A stretch of 64,000 nt of DNA from Gordius albopunctatus (taxonomy: Eukaryota): NCBI GenBank assembly GCA_964276515.1, contig OZ193909.1, positions 9,610,001 through 9,674,000 on the forward strand, written 5' to 3'. Each line of letters starts with the position of its first letter. Positions within the stretch are counted from its first letter, which is position 1. A program made the translations under genes and the position numbers. Positions 1-12,957 of the stretch are shown here, piece by piece. The notes under the pieces are model-generated. The model worked only from the letters and a program-made list of their open reading frames with translations, was not told the origin of the DNA and ran no database searches.

Positions 1-880
1 AGAATCTCGATAAGATTTTTGCACTGGGGGAAGTTTTAGATTGAGAAAAATTAAACTTTTTATGTTGCGTTTAGATTGTTTCAAAATCGCTTTCTAAGCC
101 TGTCTTTAGTTTTTGTGAAACAAGCTCTATGTGATTATGATTCAAAGTTAATAATTTTTGAGGACTGATCAAAATTTTTTTTTAACGAATTCACCTCTGA
201 TATCGAAAACTTTCATGACAGCTACATGGTTGAACAAAACAAATTGACAAAAATTTTGAGGACGAAAAAAATATTTATTTTCATATTATTTGGAAAGGGA
301 AGCTGAAAAAATCTTTAAAAGTCAGTAAATATTCTTAGCATTATGTCCTTGTTAAAATCCCGATAAGAATTTTTAAACGGGGGGAAGTTTTAGATTGAGA
401 GAAATTAAACTTTTCGTGTTGCGTTAAGATTGTTTCAAGATCGCTTTGTAATTTCGTCTATAGTTTTTGTGAAACAAGCTCTATGTGATGGTGAATTAAA
501 GTAAATAATTTTTGAGGACTGATCAAAAATTTTTTTTTAACGAATTCACCTCTGATATCGAAAACTTTCATGAGGGATATATGCTTTAACAAAAAAAATT
601 GACAAAAATTTTGAGGTCGAAAAAAATATTTATTTTCATTTATTTTCGAAAGCGGGGTGAAGAAATATTTAAAAGTTAGTAAATATTCTTAGCATTATGT
701 CCTTGTTAGAATCTCGATAAGATTTTTGCACTGGGGGAAGTTTTAGATTGAGAGAAATTAAACTTTTTATGTTGCGTTTAGATTGTTTCTAAATCGATTT
801 CTAATTTCGTCTTTAGTTTTTGTGAAACAAGCTCTATGTGATTATGATTCAAAGTTAATAATTTTTGAGGACTGATCAAA
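1..880. repeat. Type-A (divergent) subfamily patch 1
   Basis: Diagnostic alleles TTAACGAATTCACC, AAGCTCTATGTG, GCATTATG, CACTGGGGGAAG and TTGACAAAAATTTTGAGG, versus type-B CACTAATTGACC, AAACTCTATTTG, GCATCATG and GCACGGGGTGAGG. Confidence 0.9.
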
Positions 881-3554
881 AATTTTTCACTAATTGACCT
901 CTGATATCAAAAACTTTCATGACGGTTATATTGTTGAACAAAGAAATTGAAAAAATTTTGATGTCGAAAAAAATATTTATTTTCCTATTCTTTCGAAAGG
1001 GGGATGAAAAAATCTTTAAAATTTAGAAACTAAACTTTTCGGGTTGCGTTTAGATTGTTTCAAAATCGCTTTCTAAGCGTGTCTCTAGTTTTTGTGAAAC
1101 AAACTCTATTTGATCGTGATTTAAAGTTAATAATTTTTGAGGACTGATCAAAAAATTTTTCACTAATTGACCTCTCTGATATCAAAAACTTTCATGACGG
1201 CTATATTGTTGAACAAAAAAATTGAAAAATTTTTGAAGTCGAAAAAAATATTTATTTTCATATTCTATCAAAAGGGGGCTGAAAGAATCTTTAAAAGTTA
1301 GTAAATATTCTTAGCATCATGTCCTTGTTAGAATCCGTATGATAATTTTTGCACGGGGTGAGGTTTTAGATTGAGAGAAACTAAACTTTTCGTGTTGCGT
1401 TTAGATTGTTTCAAAATCGCTTTCTAAGCGTGTCTCTAGTTTTTGAGAAACAAACTCTATTTGATCGTGATTTAAAGTTAATAATTTTTGAGGACGATCA
1501 AAAATTTTTCACTAATTGACCTCTGATATCAAATCTTTCATGACGGCTATATTGTTGAACAAAAAAATTGAAAAAATTTTGATGTCGAAAAAAATATTTA
1601 TTTTCATATTCTATCAAAAGGGGGCTGAAAGAATCTTTAAAAGTTAGTAAATATTCTTAGCATCATGTCCTTGTTAGAATCCGTATGATAATTTTTGCAT
1701 GGGGTGAGGTTTTAGATTGAGAGAAACTAAACTTTTCGTGTTGCGTTTAGATTGTTTCAAAATCGCTTTCTAAGCGTGTCTCTAGTTTTTGTGAATCAAA
1801 CTCTATTTGATCGTGATTTAAAGTTAATAATTTTTGAGGACTGATCAAAAAATTTTTCACTAATTGACCTCTGATATCAAAAACTTTCATGACGGCTATA
1901 TTGTTGAACAAAAAAATTGAAAAATTTTTGAAGTCGAAAAAAATATTTATTTTCATATTCTATCAAAAGGGGGCTGAAAGAATCTTTAAAAGTTAGTAAA
2001 TATTCTTAGCATCATGTCCTTGTTAGAATCCGTATGATAATTTTTGCATGGGGTGAGGTTTTAGATTGAGAGAAACTAAACTTTTCGTGTTGCGTTTAGA
2101 TTGTTTCAAAATCGCTTTCTAAGCGTGTCTCTAGTTTTTGAGAAACAAACTCTATTTGATCGTGATTTAAAGTTAATAATTTTTGAGGACGATCAAAAAT
2201 TTTTCACTAATTGACCTCTGATATCAAAAACTTTCATGACGGCTATATTGTTGAACAAAAAAATTGAAAAAATTTTGATGTCGAAAAAAATATTTATTTT
2301 CCTATTCTTTCGAAAGGGGGATGAAAAAATCTTTAAAATTAAGAAACTAAACTTTTCGGGTTGCGTTAAGATTGTTTCAAAATCGCTTTCTAAGCGTGTC
2401 TCTAGTTTTTGAGAAACAAACTCTATTTGATCGTGATTTAAAGTTAAAAACTTTTGAGGACTGATCAAAAAATTTTTCACTAATTGACCTCTGATATCAA
2501 ATCTTTCATGACGGCTATATTGTTGAACAAAAAAATTGAAAAAATTTTGATGTCGAAAAAAATATTTATTTTCCTATTCTTTCGAAAGGGGGATGAAAAA
2601 ATCTTTAAAATTTAGAAACTAAACTTTTCGTGTTGCGTTTAGATTGTTTCAAAATCGCTTTCTAAGCGTGTCTCTAGTTTTTGTGAAACAAACTCTATTT
2701 GATCGTGATTTAAAGTTAATAATTTTTGAGGACTGATCAAAAAATTTTTCACTAATTGACCTCTGATATCAAAAACTTTCATGACGGCTATATTGTTGAA
2801 CAAAAAAATTGAAAAATTTTTGAAGTCGAAAAAAATATTTATTTTCATATTCTATCAAAAGGGGGCTGAAAGAATCTTTAAAAGTTAGTAAATATTCTTA
2901 GCATCATGTCCTTGTTAGAATCCGTATGATAATTTTTGCACGGGGTGAGGTTTTAGATTGAGAGAAACTAAACTTTTCGTGTTGCGTTTAGATTGTTTCA
3001 AAATCGCTTTCTAAGCGTGTCTCTAGTTTTTGAGAAACAAACTCTATTTGATCGTGATTTAAAGTTAATAATTTTTGAGGACGATCAAAAATTTTTCACT
3101 AATTGACCTCTGATATCAAAAACTTTCATGACGGCTATATTGTTGAACAAAAAAATTGAAAAAATTTTGATGTCGAAAAAAATATTTATTTTCCTATTCT
3201 TTCGAAAGGGGGATGAAAAAATCTTTAAAATTAAGAAACTAAACTTTTCGGGTTGCGTTTAGATTGTTTCAAAATCGCTTTCTAAGCGTGTCTCTAGTTT
3301 TTGAGAAACAAACTCTATTTGATCGTGATTTAAAGTTAATAATTTTTGAGGACGATCAAAAATTTTTCACTAATTGACCTCTGATATCAAATCTTTCATG
3401 ACGGCTATATTGTTGAACAAAAAAATTGAAAAAATTTTGATGTCGAAAAAAATATTTATTTTCCTATTCTTTCGAAAGGGGGATGAAAAAATCTTTAAAA
3501 TTTAGAAACTAAACTTTTCGTGTTGCGTTTAGATTGTTTCAAAATCGCTTTCTA

Positions 3555-4205
3555 ATCGCGTCTCTAGTTTTTATGAAACAAGCTCTATGTGATTATGATT
3601 AAAAGTTAATAATTTTTGAGGACTGATCAAAAATTATTTTTAACGAATTCACCTCTGACATCAAAAACTTTCACGAGGGCTATATGCTTTAACAAAAAAA
3701 ATTGACAAAAATTTTGAGGTCGAAAAAAATGTTTATTTTCATATTCTTTCGAAAGGGGGCTGAAGAAATATTTAAAAGTCAGTAAATATTCTTAGCATTA
3801 TGTCCTTGTTAAAATCTCGATAAGAATTTTTTCACGGGGGGAAGTTTTAGATTGAGAGAAACTAAACTTTTTTTGTTGCGTTTAGATTGTTTCAAAATCG
3901 CTTTCTAAGCCTGTCTTTAGTTTTTGTGAAACAAGCTATATGTGATTATGATTCAAAGTTAATAATTTTTGAGGACTGATCAAAAAATTTTTTAACGAAT
4001 TCACCTCTGACATCGAAAACTTTCACGAGGGCTATATGCTCTAACAAAAAAAATTGACAAAAATTTTGAGGTCGAAAAAAATATTTATTTTCATATTATT
4101 TGGAAAGGGGGATGAAAAAATCTTTAAAAGTCAGTTAATATTCTTAGCATTATGTCCTTGTTAAAATCCCGATAAGAATTTTTGCACGGGGGGAAGTTTT
4201 GGATT
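3555..4205. repeat. Type-A subfamily patch 2 (two monomers with private CTGACATC allele)
   Basis: GAATTCACCTCTGACATC at ~3645 and ~3997, CACGAGGGCTATATGC, GCATTATG and CACGGGGGGAAG; flanked by type-B monomers. Confidence 0.85.
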
Positions 4206-4964
4206 GAGAGAAACTAAACTTTTCGTGTTGCGTTTAGATTGTTTCAAAATCGCTTTCTAAGCGTGTCTCTAGTTTTTGTGAAACAAACTCTATTTGATCG
4301 TGATTTAAAGTTAATAATTTTTGAGGACTGATCAAAAAATTTTTCACTAATTGACCTCTGATATCAAAAACTTTCATGACGGCTATATTGTTGAACAAAA
4401 AAATTGAAAAATTTTTGATGTCGAAAAAAATATTTATTTTCATATTCTATCAAAAGGGGGCTGAAAGAATCTTTAAAAGTTAGTAAATATTCTTAGCATC
4501 ATGTCCTTGTTAGAATCCGTATGATAATTTTTGCACGGGGTGAGGTTTTAGATTGAGAGAAACTAAACTTTTCGTGTTGCGTTTAGATTGTTTCAAAATC
4601 GCTTTGTAAGCGTGTCTCTAGTTTTTGAGAAACAAACTCTATTTGATCGTGATTTAAAGTTAATAATTTTTGAGGACTGATCAAAAAATTTTTCACTAAT
4701 TGACATTTGATATCAAAAACTTTCATGACGGCTATATTGTTGAACAAAAAAATTGAAAAAACTTTGATGTCGAAAAAAATATTTATTTTCCTATTCTTTC
4801 GAAAGGGGGATGAAAAAATCTCTAAAATTTAGAAACTAAACTTTTTGTGTTGCGTTTAGATTGTTTCAAAATCGCTTTCTAAGCGTGTCTCTAGTTTTTG
4901 TGAAACAAACTCTATTTGATCGTGATTTAAAGTTAAAAACTTTTGAGGACTGATCAAAAAATTT

Positions 4965-6020
4965 TTTAACGAATTCACCTCTGATATCGAAAACTTTCAT
5001 GAGGGCTATATGCTTTAACAAAAAAAATTGACAAAAATTTTGAGGTCGAAAAAAATATTTATTTTCATATTATTTGTAAAGGAAGCTGATAAAATCTTTA
5101 AAAGTTAGTAAATATTCTTAGCATTATGTCCTTGTTAGAATCCCGATAAGATGTTTTCACTGGCGGAAGTTTTAGATTGAGAGAAATTAAACTTTTTATG
5201 TTGCGTTTAGATTGTTTCAAAATCGTTTTCTAAGCCTGTCTTTAGTTTTTGTGAAACAAGTTCTATGTGATCGTGATTCTAAGTTAATAATTTTTGAGGA
5301 CTGATCAAAATTTTTTTTAACGAATTCACCTCTGATACCGAAAACTTTCACGAGGGCTATATGCTTTAACAAAAAAAATTGACAAAAATTTTGAGGACGA
5401 AAAAAATATTTATTTTCATATTATTTGGAAAGGGAAGCTGAAAAAATCTTTAAAAGTCAGTAAATATTCTTAGCATTATGTCCTTGTTAAAATCCCGATA
5501 AGAATTTTTAAACGGGGGGAAGTTTTAGATTGAGAGAAATTAAACTTTTCGTGTTGCGTTAAGATTGTTTCAAGATCGCTTTGTAATTTCGTCTATAGTT
5601 TTTGTGAAACAAGCTCTATGTGATGGTGAATTAAAGTAAATAATTTTTGAGGACTGATCAAAAATTTTTTTTTAACGAATTCACCTCTGATATCGAAAAC
5701 TTACATGAGGGATATATGCTTTAACAAAAAAAATTGACAAAAATTTTGAGGTCGAAAAAAATATTTATTTTCATTTATTTTCGAAAGCGGGGTGAAGAAA
5801 TATTTAAAAGTTAGTAAATATTCTTAGCATTATGTCCTTGTTAGAATCTCGATAAGATTTTTGCACTGGGGGAAGTTTTAGATTGAGAGAAATTAAACTT
5901 TTTATGTTGCGTTTAGATTGTTTCTAAATCGATTTCTAATTTCGTCTTTAGTTTTTGTGAAACAAGCTCTATGTGATTATGATTCAAAGTTAATAATTTT
6001 TGAGGACTGATCAAAAATTT
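4965..6020. repeat. Type-A subfamily patch 3 (~3 monomers)
   Basis: GAATTCACC at ~4971, ~5322 and ~5677; GGAAGCTGATAAAATC and CACTGGCGGAAG; returns to CACTAATTGACC at ~6023. Confidence 0.85.
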
Positions 6021-7534
6021 TTCACTAATTGACCTCTGATATCAAAAACTTTCATGACGGTTATATTGTTGAACAAAGAAATTGAAAAAATTTTGATGTC
6101 GAAAAAAATATTTATTTTCCTATCCTTTCGAAAGGGGGATGAAAAAATCTTTAAAATTTAGAAACTAAACTTTTCGGGTTGCGTTTAGATTGTTTCAAAA
6201 TCGCTTTCTAAGCGTGTCTCTAGTTTTTGTGAAACAAACTCTATTTGATCGTGATTTAAAGTTAATAATTTTTGAGGACGATCAAAAATTTTTCACTAAT
6301 TGACCTCTGATATCAAAAACTTTCATGACGGTTATATTGTTGAACAAAAAAATTGAAAAAATTTTGATGTCGAAAAAAATATTTATTTTCATATTCTATC
6401 AAAAGGGGGCTGAAAGAATCTTTAAAAGTTAGTAAATATTCTTAGCATCATGTCCTTGTTAGAATCCGTATGATAATTTTTGCACGGGGTGAGGTTTTAG
6501 ATTGAGAGAAACTAAACTTTTCGTGTTGCGTTTAGATTGTTTCAAAATCGCTTTCTAAGCGTGTCTCTAGTTTTTGAGAAAGAAACTCTATTTATCGTGA
6601 TTTAAAGTTAAAAACTTTTGAGGACTGATCAAAAATTTTTTTCACTAATTGACCTCTGATATCATAAACTTTCATGACGGCTATATTGTTGAACAAAAAA
6701 ATTGAAAAAATTTTGATGTCGAAAAAAATATTTATTTTCATATTCTATCGAAAGGGTGCTGAAAGAATCTTTAAAATTTAGAAACTAAACTTTTCGTGTT
6801 GCGTTTAGATTGTTTCAAAATCGCTTTCTAAGCGTGTCTCTAGTTTTTGTGAAACAAACTCTATTTGATCGTGATTTAAAGTTAATAATTTTTGAGGACG
6901 ATCAAAAATTTTTCACTAATTGACCTCTGATATCAAATCTTTCATGACGGCTATATTGTTGAACAAAAAAATTGAAAAATTTTTGAAGTCGAAAAAAATA
7001 TTTATTTTCATATTCTATCAAAAGGGGGCTGAAAGAATCTTTAAAAGTTAGTAAATATTCTTAGCATCATGTCCTTGTTAGAATCCGTATGATAATTTTT
7101 GCACGGGGTGAGGTTTTAGATTGAGAGAAACTAAACTTTTCGTGTTGCGTTTAGATTGTTTCAAAATCGCTTTCTAAGCGTGTCTCTAGTTTTTGAGAAA
7201 CAAACTCTATTTGATCGTGATTTAAAGTTAATAATTTTTGAGGACTGATCAAAAAATTTTTCACTAATTGACATTTGATATCAAAAACTTTCATGACGGC
7301 TATATTGTTGAACAAAAAAATTGAAAAAACTTTGATGTCGAAAAAAATATTTATTTTCCTATTCTTTCGAAAGGGGGATGAAAAAATCTCTAAAATTTAG
7401 AAACTAAACTTTTTGTGTTGCGTTTAGATTGTTTCAAAATCGCTTTCTAAGCGTGTTTCTAGTTTTTGTGAAACAAACTCTATTTGATCGTGATTTAAAG
7501 TTAAAAACTTTTGAGGACTGATCAAAAAATTTTT

Positions 7535-10500
7535 TAACGAATTCACCTCTGATATCGAAAACTTTCATGAGGGCTATATGCTTTAACAAAAAAAATTGAC
7601 AAAAATTTTGAGGTCGAAAAAAATATTTATTTTCATATTATTTGTAAAGGAAGCTGATAAAATCTTTAAAAGTTAGTAAATATTCTTAGCATTATGTCCT
7701 TGTTAGAATCCCGATAAGATGTTTTCACTGGCGGAAGTTTTAGATTGAGAGAAATTAAACTTTTTATGTTGCGTTTAGATTGTTTCAAAATCGTTTTCTA
7801 AGCCTGTCTTTAGTTTTTGTGAAACAAGTTCTATGTGATCGTGATTCTAAGTTAATAATTTTTGAGGACTGATCAAAATTTTTTTTTAACGAATTCACCT
7901 CTGATATCGAAAACTTTCATGAGGGATATATGCTTTAACAAAAAAAATTGACAAAAATTTTGAGGTCGAAAAAAATATTTATTTTCATTTATTTTCGAAA
8001 GCGGGGTGAAGAAATATTTAAAAGTTAGTAAATATTCTTAGCATTATGTCCTTGTTAGAATCTCGATAAGATTTTTGCACTGGGGGAAGTTTTAGATTGA
8101 GAGAAATTAAACTTTTTATGTTGCGTTTAGATTGTTTCTAAATCGATTTCTAATTTCGTCTTTAGTTTTTGTGAAACAAGCTCTATGTGATTATGATTCA
8201 AAGTTAATAATTTTTGAGGACTGATCAAAAATTTTTTTAACAGAATTCACTTCTGATATCGAAGGCTTTCATGAGGGCTATATGGTCTAACAAAAAAATT
8301 GAAAAAATTTTGAGGTCGAAAAAAATATTATTTTTCCTATTCTTTCAAAAGGGGGCTGAAAAAATCTTTAAAAGTTAGTAAATTTTCTTAGTATTATATC
8401 CTTGTTAGAATCTTGATAAGAAATTTTGCACTGGGGGAAGTTTTAGATTGAGAAAAATTAAACTTTTTATGTTGCGTTTAGATTGTTTCAAAATCGCTTT
8501 CTAAGCCTGTCTTTAGTTTTTGTGAAACAAGCTCTATGTGATTATGATTCAAAGTTAATAATTTTTGAGGACTGATCAAAATTTTTTTTTAACGAATTCA
8601 CCTCTGATATCGAAAACTTTCATGACAGCTACATGGTTGAACAAAACAAATTGACAAGAATTTTGAGGTCGAAAAAAATATTTATTTTCATATTATTTGT
8701 AAAGGAAGCTGAAAAAATCTTTAAAAGTCAGTAAATATTCTTAGCATTATGTCCTTGTTAGAATCTCGATAAGATTTTTGCACTGGGGGAAGTTTTAGAT
8801 TGAGAAAAATTAAACTTTTTATGTTGCGTTTAGATTGTTTCAAAATCGCTTTCTAAGCCTGTCTTTAGTTTTTGTGAAACAAGCTCTATGTGATTATGAT
8901 TCAAAGTTAATAATTTTTGAGGACTGATCAAAATTTTTTTTTAACGAATTCACCTCTGATATCGAAAACTTTCATGACAGCTACATGGTTGAACAAAACA
9001 AATTGACAAAAATTTTGAGGACGAAAAAAATATTTATTTTCATATTATTTGGAAAGGGAAGCTGAAAAAATCTTTAAAAGTCAGTAAATATTCTTAGCAT
9101 TATGTCCTTGTTAAAATCCCGATAAGAATTTTTAAACGGGGGGAAGTTTTAGATTGAGAGAAATTAAACTTTTCGTGTTGCGTTAAGATTGTTTCAAGAT
9201 CGCTTTGTAATTTCGTCTATAGTTTTTGTGAAACAAGCTCTATGTGATGGTGAATTAAAGTAAATAATTTTTGAGGACTGATCAAAAATTTTTTTTTAAC
9301 GAATTCACCTCTGATATCGAAAACTTTCATGAGGGATATATGCTTTAACAAAAAAAATTGACAAAAATTTTGAGGTCGAAAAAAATATTTATTTTCATTT
9401 ATTTTCGAAAGCGGGGTGAAGAAATATTTAAAAGTTAGTAAATATTCTTAGCATTATGTCCTTGTTAGAATCTCGATAAGATTTTTGCACTGGGGGAAGT
9501 TTTAGATTGAGAGAAATTAAACTTTTTATGTTGCGTTTAGATTGTTTCTAAATCGATTTCTAATTTCGTCTTTAGTTTTTGTGAAACAAGCTCTATGTGA
9601 TTATGATTCAAAGTTAATAATTTTTGAGGACTGATCAAAAATTTTTTTAACAGAATTCACTTCTGATATCGAAGGCTTTCATGAGGGCTATATGGTCTAA
9701 CAAAAAAATTGAAAAAATTTTGAGGTCGAAAAAAATATTATTTTTCCTATTCTTTCAAAAGGGGGCTGAAAAAATCTTTAAAAGTTAGTAAATTTTCTTA
9801 GTATTATATCCTTGTTAGAATCTTGATAAGAAATTTTGCACTGGGGGAAGTTTTAGATTGAGAAAAATTAAACTTTTTATGTTGCGTTTAGATTGTTTCA
9901 AAATCGCTTTCTAAGCCTGTCTTTAGTTTTTGTGAAACAAGCTCTATGTGATTATGATTCAAAGTTAATAATTTTTGAGGACTGATCAAAATTTTTTTTT
10001 AACGAATTCACCTCTGATATCGAAAACTTTCATGACAGCTACATGGTTGAACAAAACAAATTGACAAGAATTTTGAGGTCGAAAAAAATATTTATTTTCA
10101 TATTATTTGTAAAGGAAGCTGAAAAAATCTTTAAAAGTCAGTAAATATTCTTAGCATTATGTCCTTGTTAGAATCTCGATAAGATTTTTGCACTGGGGGA
10201 AGTTTTAGATTGAGAAAAATTAAACTTTTTATGTTGCGTTTAGATTGTTTCAAAATCGCTTTCTAAGCCTGTCTTTAGTTTTTGTGAAACAAGCTCTATG
10301 TGATTATGATTCAAAGTTAATAATTTTTGAGGACTGATCAAAATTTTTTTTTAACGAATTCACCTCTGATATCGAAAACTTTCATGACAGCTACATGGTT
10401 GAACAAAACAAATTGACAAAAATTTTGAGGACGAAAAAAATATTTATTTTCATATTATTTGGAAAGGGAAGCTGAAAAAATCTTTAAAAGTCAGTAAATA

Positions 10501-11055
10501 TTCTTAGCATTATGTCCTTGTTAAAATCCCGATAAGAATTTTTAAACGGGGGGAAGTTTTAGATTGAGAGAAATTAAACTTTTCGTGTTGCGTTAAGATT
10601 GTTTCAAGATCGCTTTGTAATTTCGTCTATAGTTTTTGTGAAACAAGCTCTATGTGATGGTGAATTAAAGTAAATAATTTTTGAGGACTGATCAAAAATT
10701 TTTTTTTAACGAATTCACCTCTGATATCGAAAACTTTCATGAGGGATATATGCTTTAACAAAAAAAATTGACAAAAATTTTGAGGTCGAAAAAAATATTT
10801 ATTTTCATTTATTTTCGAAAGCGGGGTGAAGAAATATTTAAAAGTTAGTAAATATTCTTAGCATTATGTCCTTGTTAGAATCTCGATAAGATTTTTGCAC
10901 TGGGGGAAGTTTTAGATTGAGAGAAATTAAACTTTTTATGTTGCGTTTAGATTGTTTCTAAATCGATTTCTAATTTCGTCTTTAGTTTTTGTGAAACAAG
11001 CTCTATGTGATTATGATTCAAAGTTAATAATTTTTGAGGACTGATCAAAAATTTT
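7535..11055. repeat. Type-A subfamily patch 4 containing a 1410-bp tetrameric higher-order repeat (~2.3 copies)
   Basis: GAGGGATATATGC at 7921, 9331 and 10741 (spacing 1410). CAGAATTCACTTCTGATATCGAAGGC at 8241 and 9651 (spacing 1410). Four distinct ~352-bp monomers per unit. Confidence 0.92.
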
Positions 11056-12957
11056 TCACTAATTGACCTCTGATATCAAAAACTTTCATGACGGTTATAT
11101 TGTTGAACAAAGAAATTGAAAAAATTTTGATGTCGAAAAAAATATTTATTTTCCTATTCTTTCGAAAGGGGGATGAAAAAATCTTTAAAATTTAGAAACT
11201 AAACTTTTCGGGTTGCGTTTAGATTGTTTCAAAATCGCTTTCTAAGCGTGTCTCTAGTTTTTGTGAAACAAACTCTATTTGATCGTGATTTAAAGTTAAT
11301 AATTTTTGAGGACTGATCAAAAAATTTTTCACTAATTGACCTCTCTGATATCAAAAACTTTCATGACGGCTATATTGTTGAACAAAAAAATTGAAAAATT
11401 TTTGAAGTCGAAAAAAATATTTATTTTCATATTCTATCAAAAGGGGGCTGAAAGAATCTTTAAAAGTTAGTAAATATTCTTAGCATCATGTCCTTGTTAG
11501 AATCCGTATGATAATTTTTGCACGGGGTGAGGTTTTAGATTGAGAGAAACTAAACTTTTCGTGTTGCGTTTAGATTGTTTCAAAATCGCTTTCTAAGCGT
11601 GTCTCTAGTTTTTGAGAAACAAACTCTATTTGATCGTGATTTAAAGTTAATAATTTTTGAGGACGATCAAAAATTTTTCACTAATTGACCTCTGATATCA
11701 AATCTTTCATGACGGCTATATTGTTGAACAAAAAAATTGAAAAAATTTTGATGTCGAAAAAAATATTTATTTTCATATTCTATCAAAAGGGGGCTGAAAG
11801 AATCTTTAAAAGTTAGTAAATATTCTTAGCATCATGTCCTTGTTAGAATCCGTATGATAATTTTTGCATGGGGTGAGGTTTTAGATTGAGAGAAACTAAA
11901 CTTTTCGTGTTGCGTTTAGATTGTTTCAAAATCGCTTTCTAAGCGTGTCTCTAGTTTTTGTGAATCAAACTCTATTTGATCGTGATTTAAAGTTAATAAT
12001 TTTTAGGACTGATCAAAAAATTTTTCACTAATTGACCTCTGATATCAAAAACTTTCATGACGGCTATATTGTTGAACAAAAAAATTGAAAAATTTTTGAA
12101 GTCGAAAAAAATATTTATTTTCATATTCTATCAAAAGGGGGCTGAAAGAATCTTTAAAAGTTAGTAAATATTCTTAGCATCATGTCCTTGTTAGAATCCG
12201 TATGATAATTTTTGCATGGGGTGAGGTTTTAGATTGAGAGAAACTAAACTTTTCGTGTTGCGTTTAGATTGTTTCAAAATCGCTTTCTAAGCGTGTCTCT
12301 AGTTTTTGAGAAACAAACTCTATTTGATCGTGATTTAAAGTTAATAATTTTTGAGGACTGATCAAAAATTTTTCACTAATTGACCTCTGATATCAAAAAC
12401 TTTCATGACGGTTATATTGTTGAACAAAAAAATTGAAAAATTTTTGAAGTCGAAAAAAATATTTATTTTCATATTCTATCAAAAGGGGGCTGAAAGAATC
12501 TTTAAAAGTTAGTAAATATTCTTAGCATCATGTCCTTGTTAGAATCCGTATGATAATTTTTGCACGGGGTGAGGTTTTAGATTGAGAGAAACTAAACTTT
12601 TCGTGTTGCGTTTAGATTGTTTCAAAATCGCTTTCTAAGCGTGTCTCTAGTTTTTGAGAAACAAACTCTATTTGATCGTGATTTAAAGTTAATAATTTTT
12701 GAGGACGATCAAAAATTTTTCACTAATTGACCTCTGATATCAAATCTTTCATGACGGCTATATTGTTGAACAAAAAAATTGAAAAAATTTTGATGTCGAA
12801 AAAAATATTTATTTTCATATTCTATCAAAAGGGGGCTGAAAGAATCTTTAAAAGTTAGTAAATATTCTTAGCATCATGTCCTTGTTAGAATCCGTATGAT
12901 AATTTTTGCACGGGGTGAGGTTTTAGATTGAGAGAAACTAAACTTTTCGTGTTGCGT

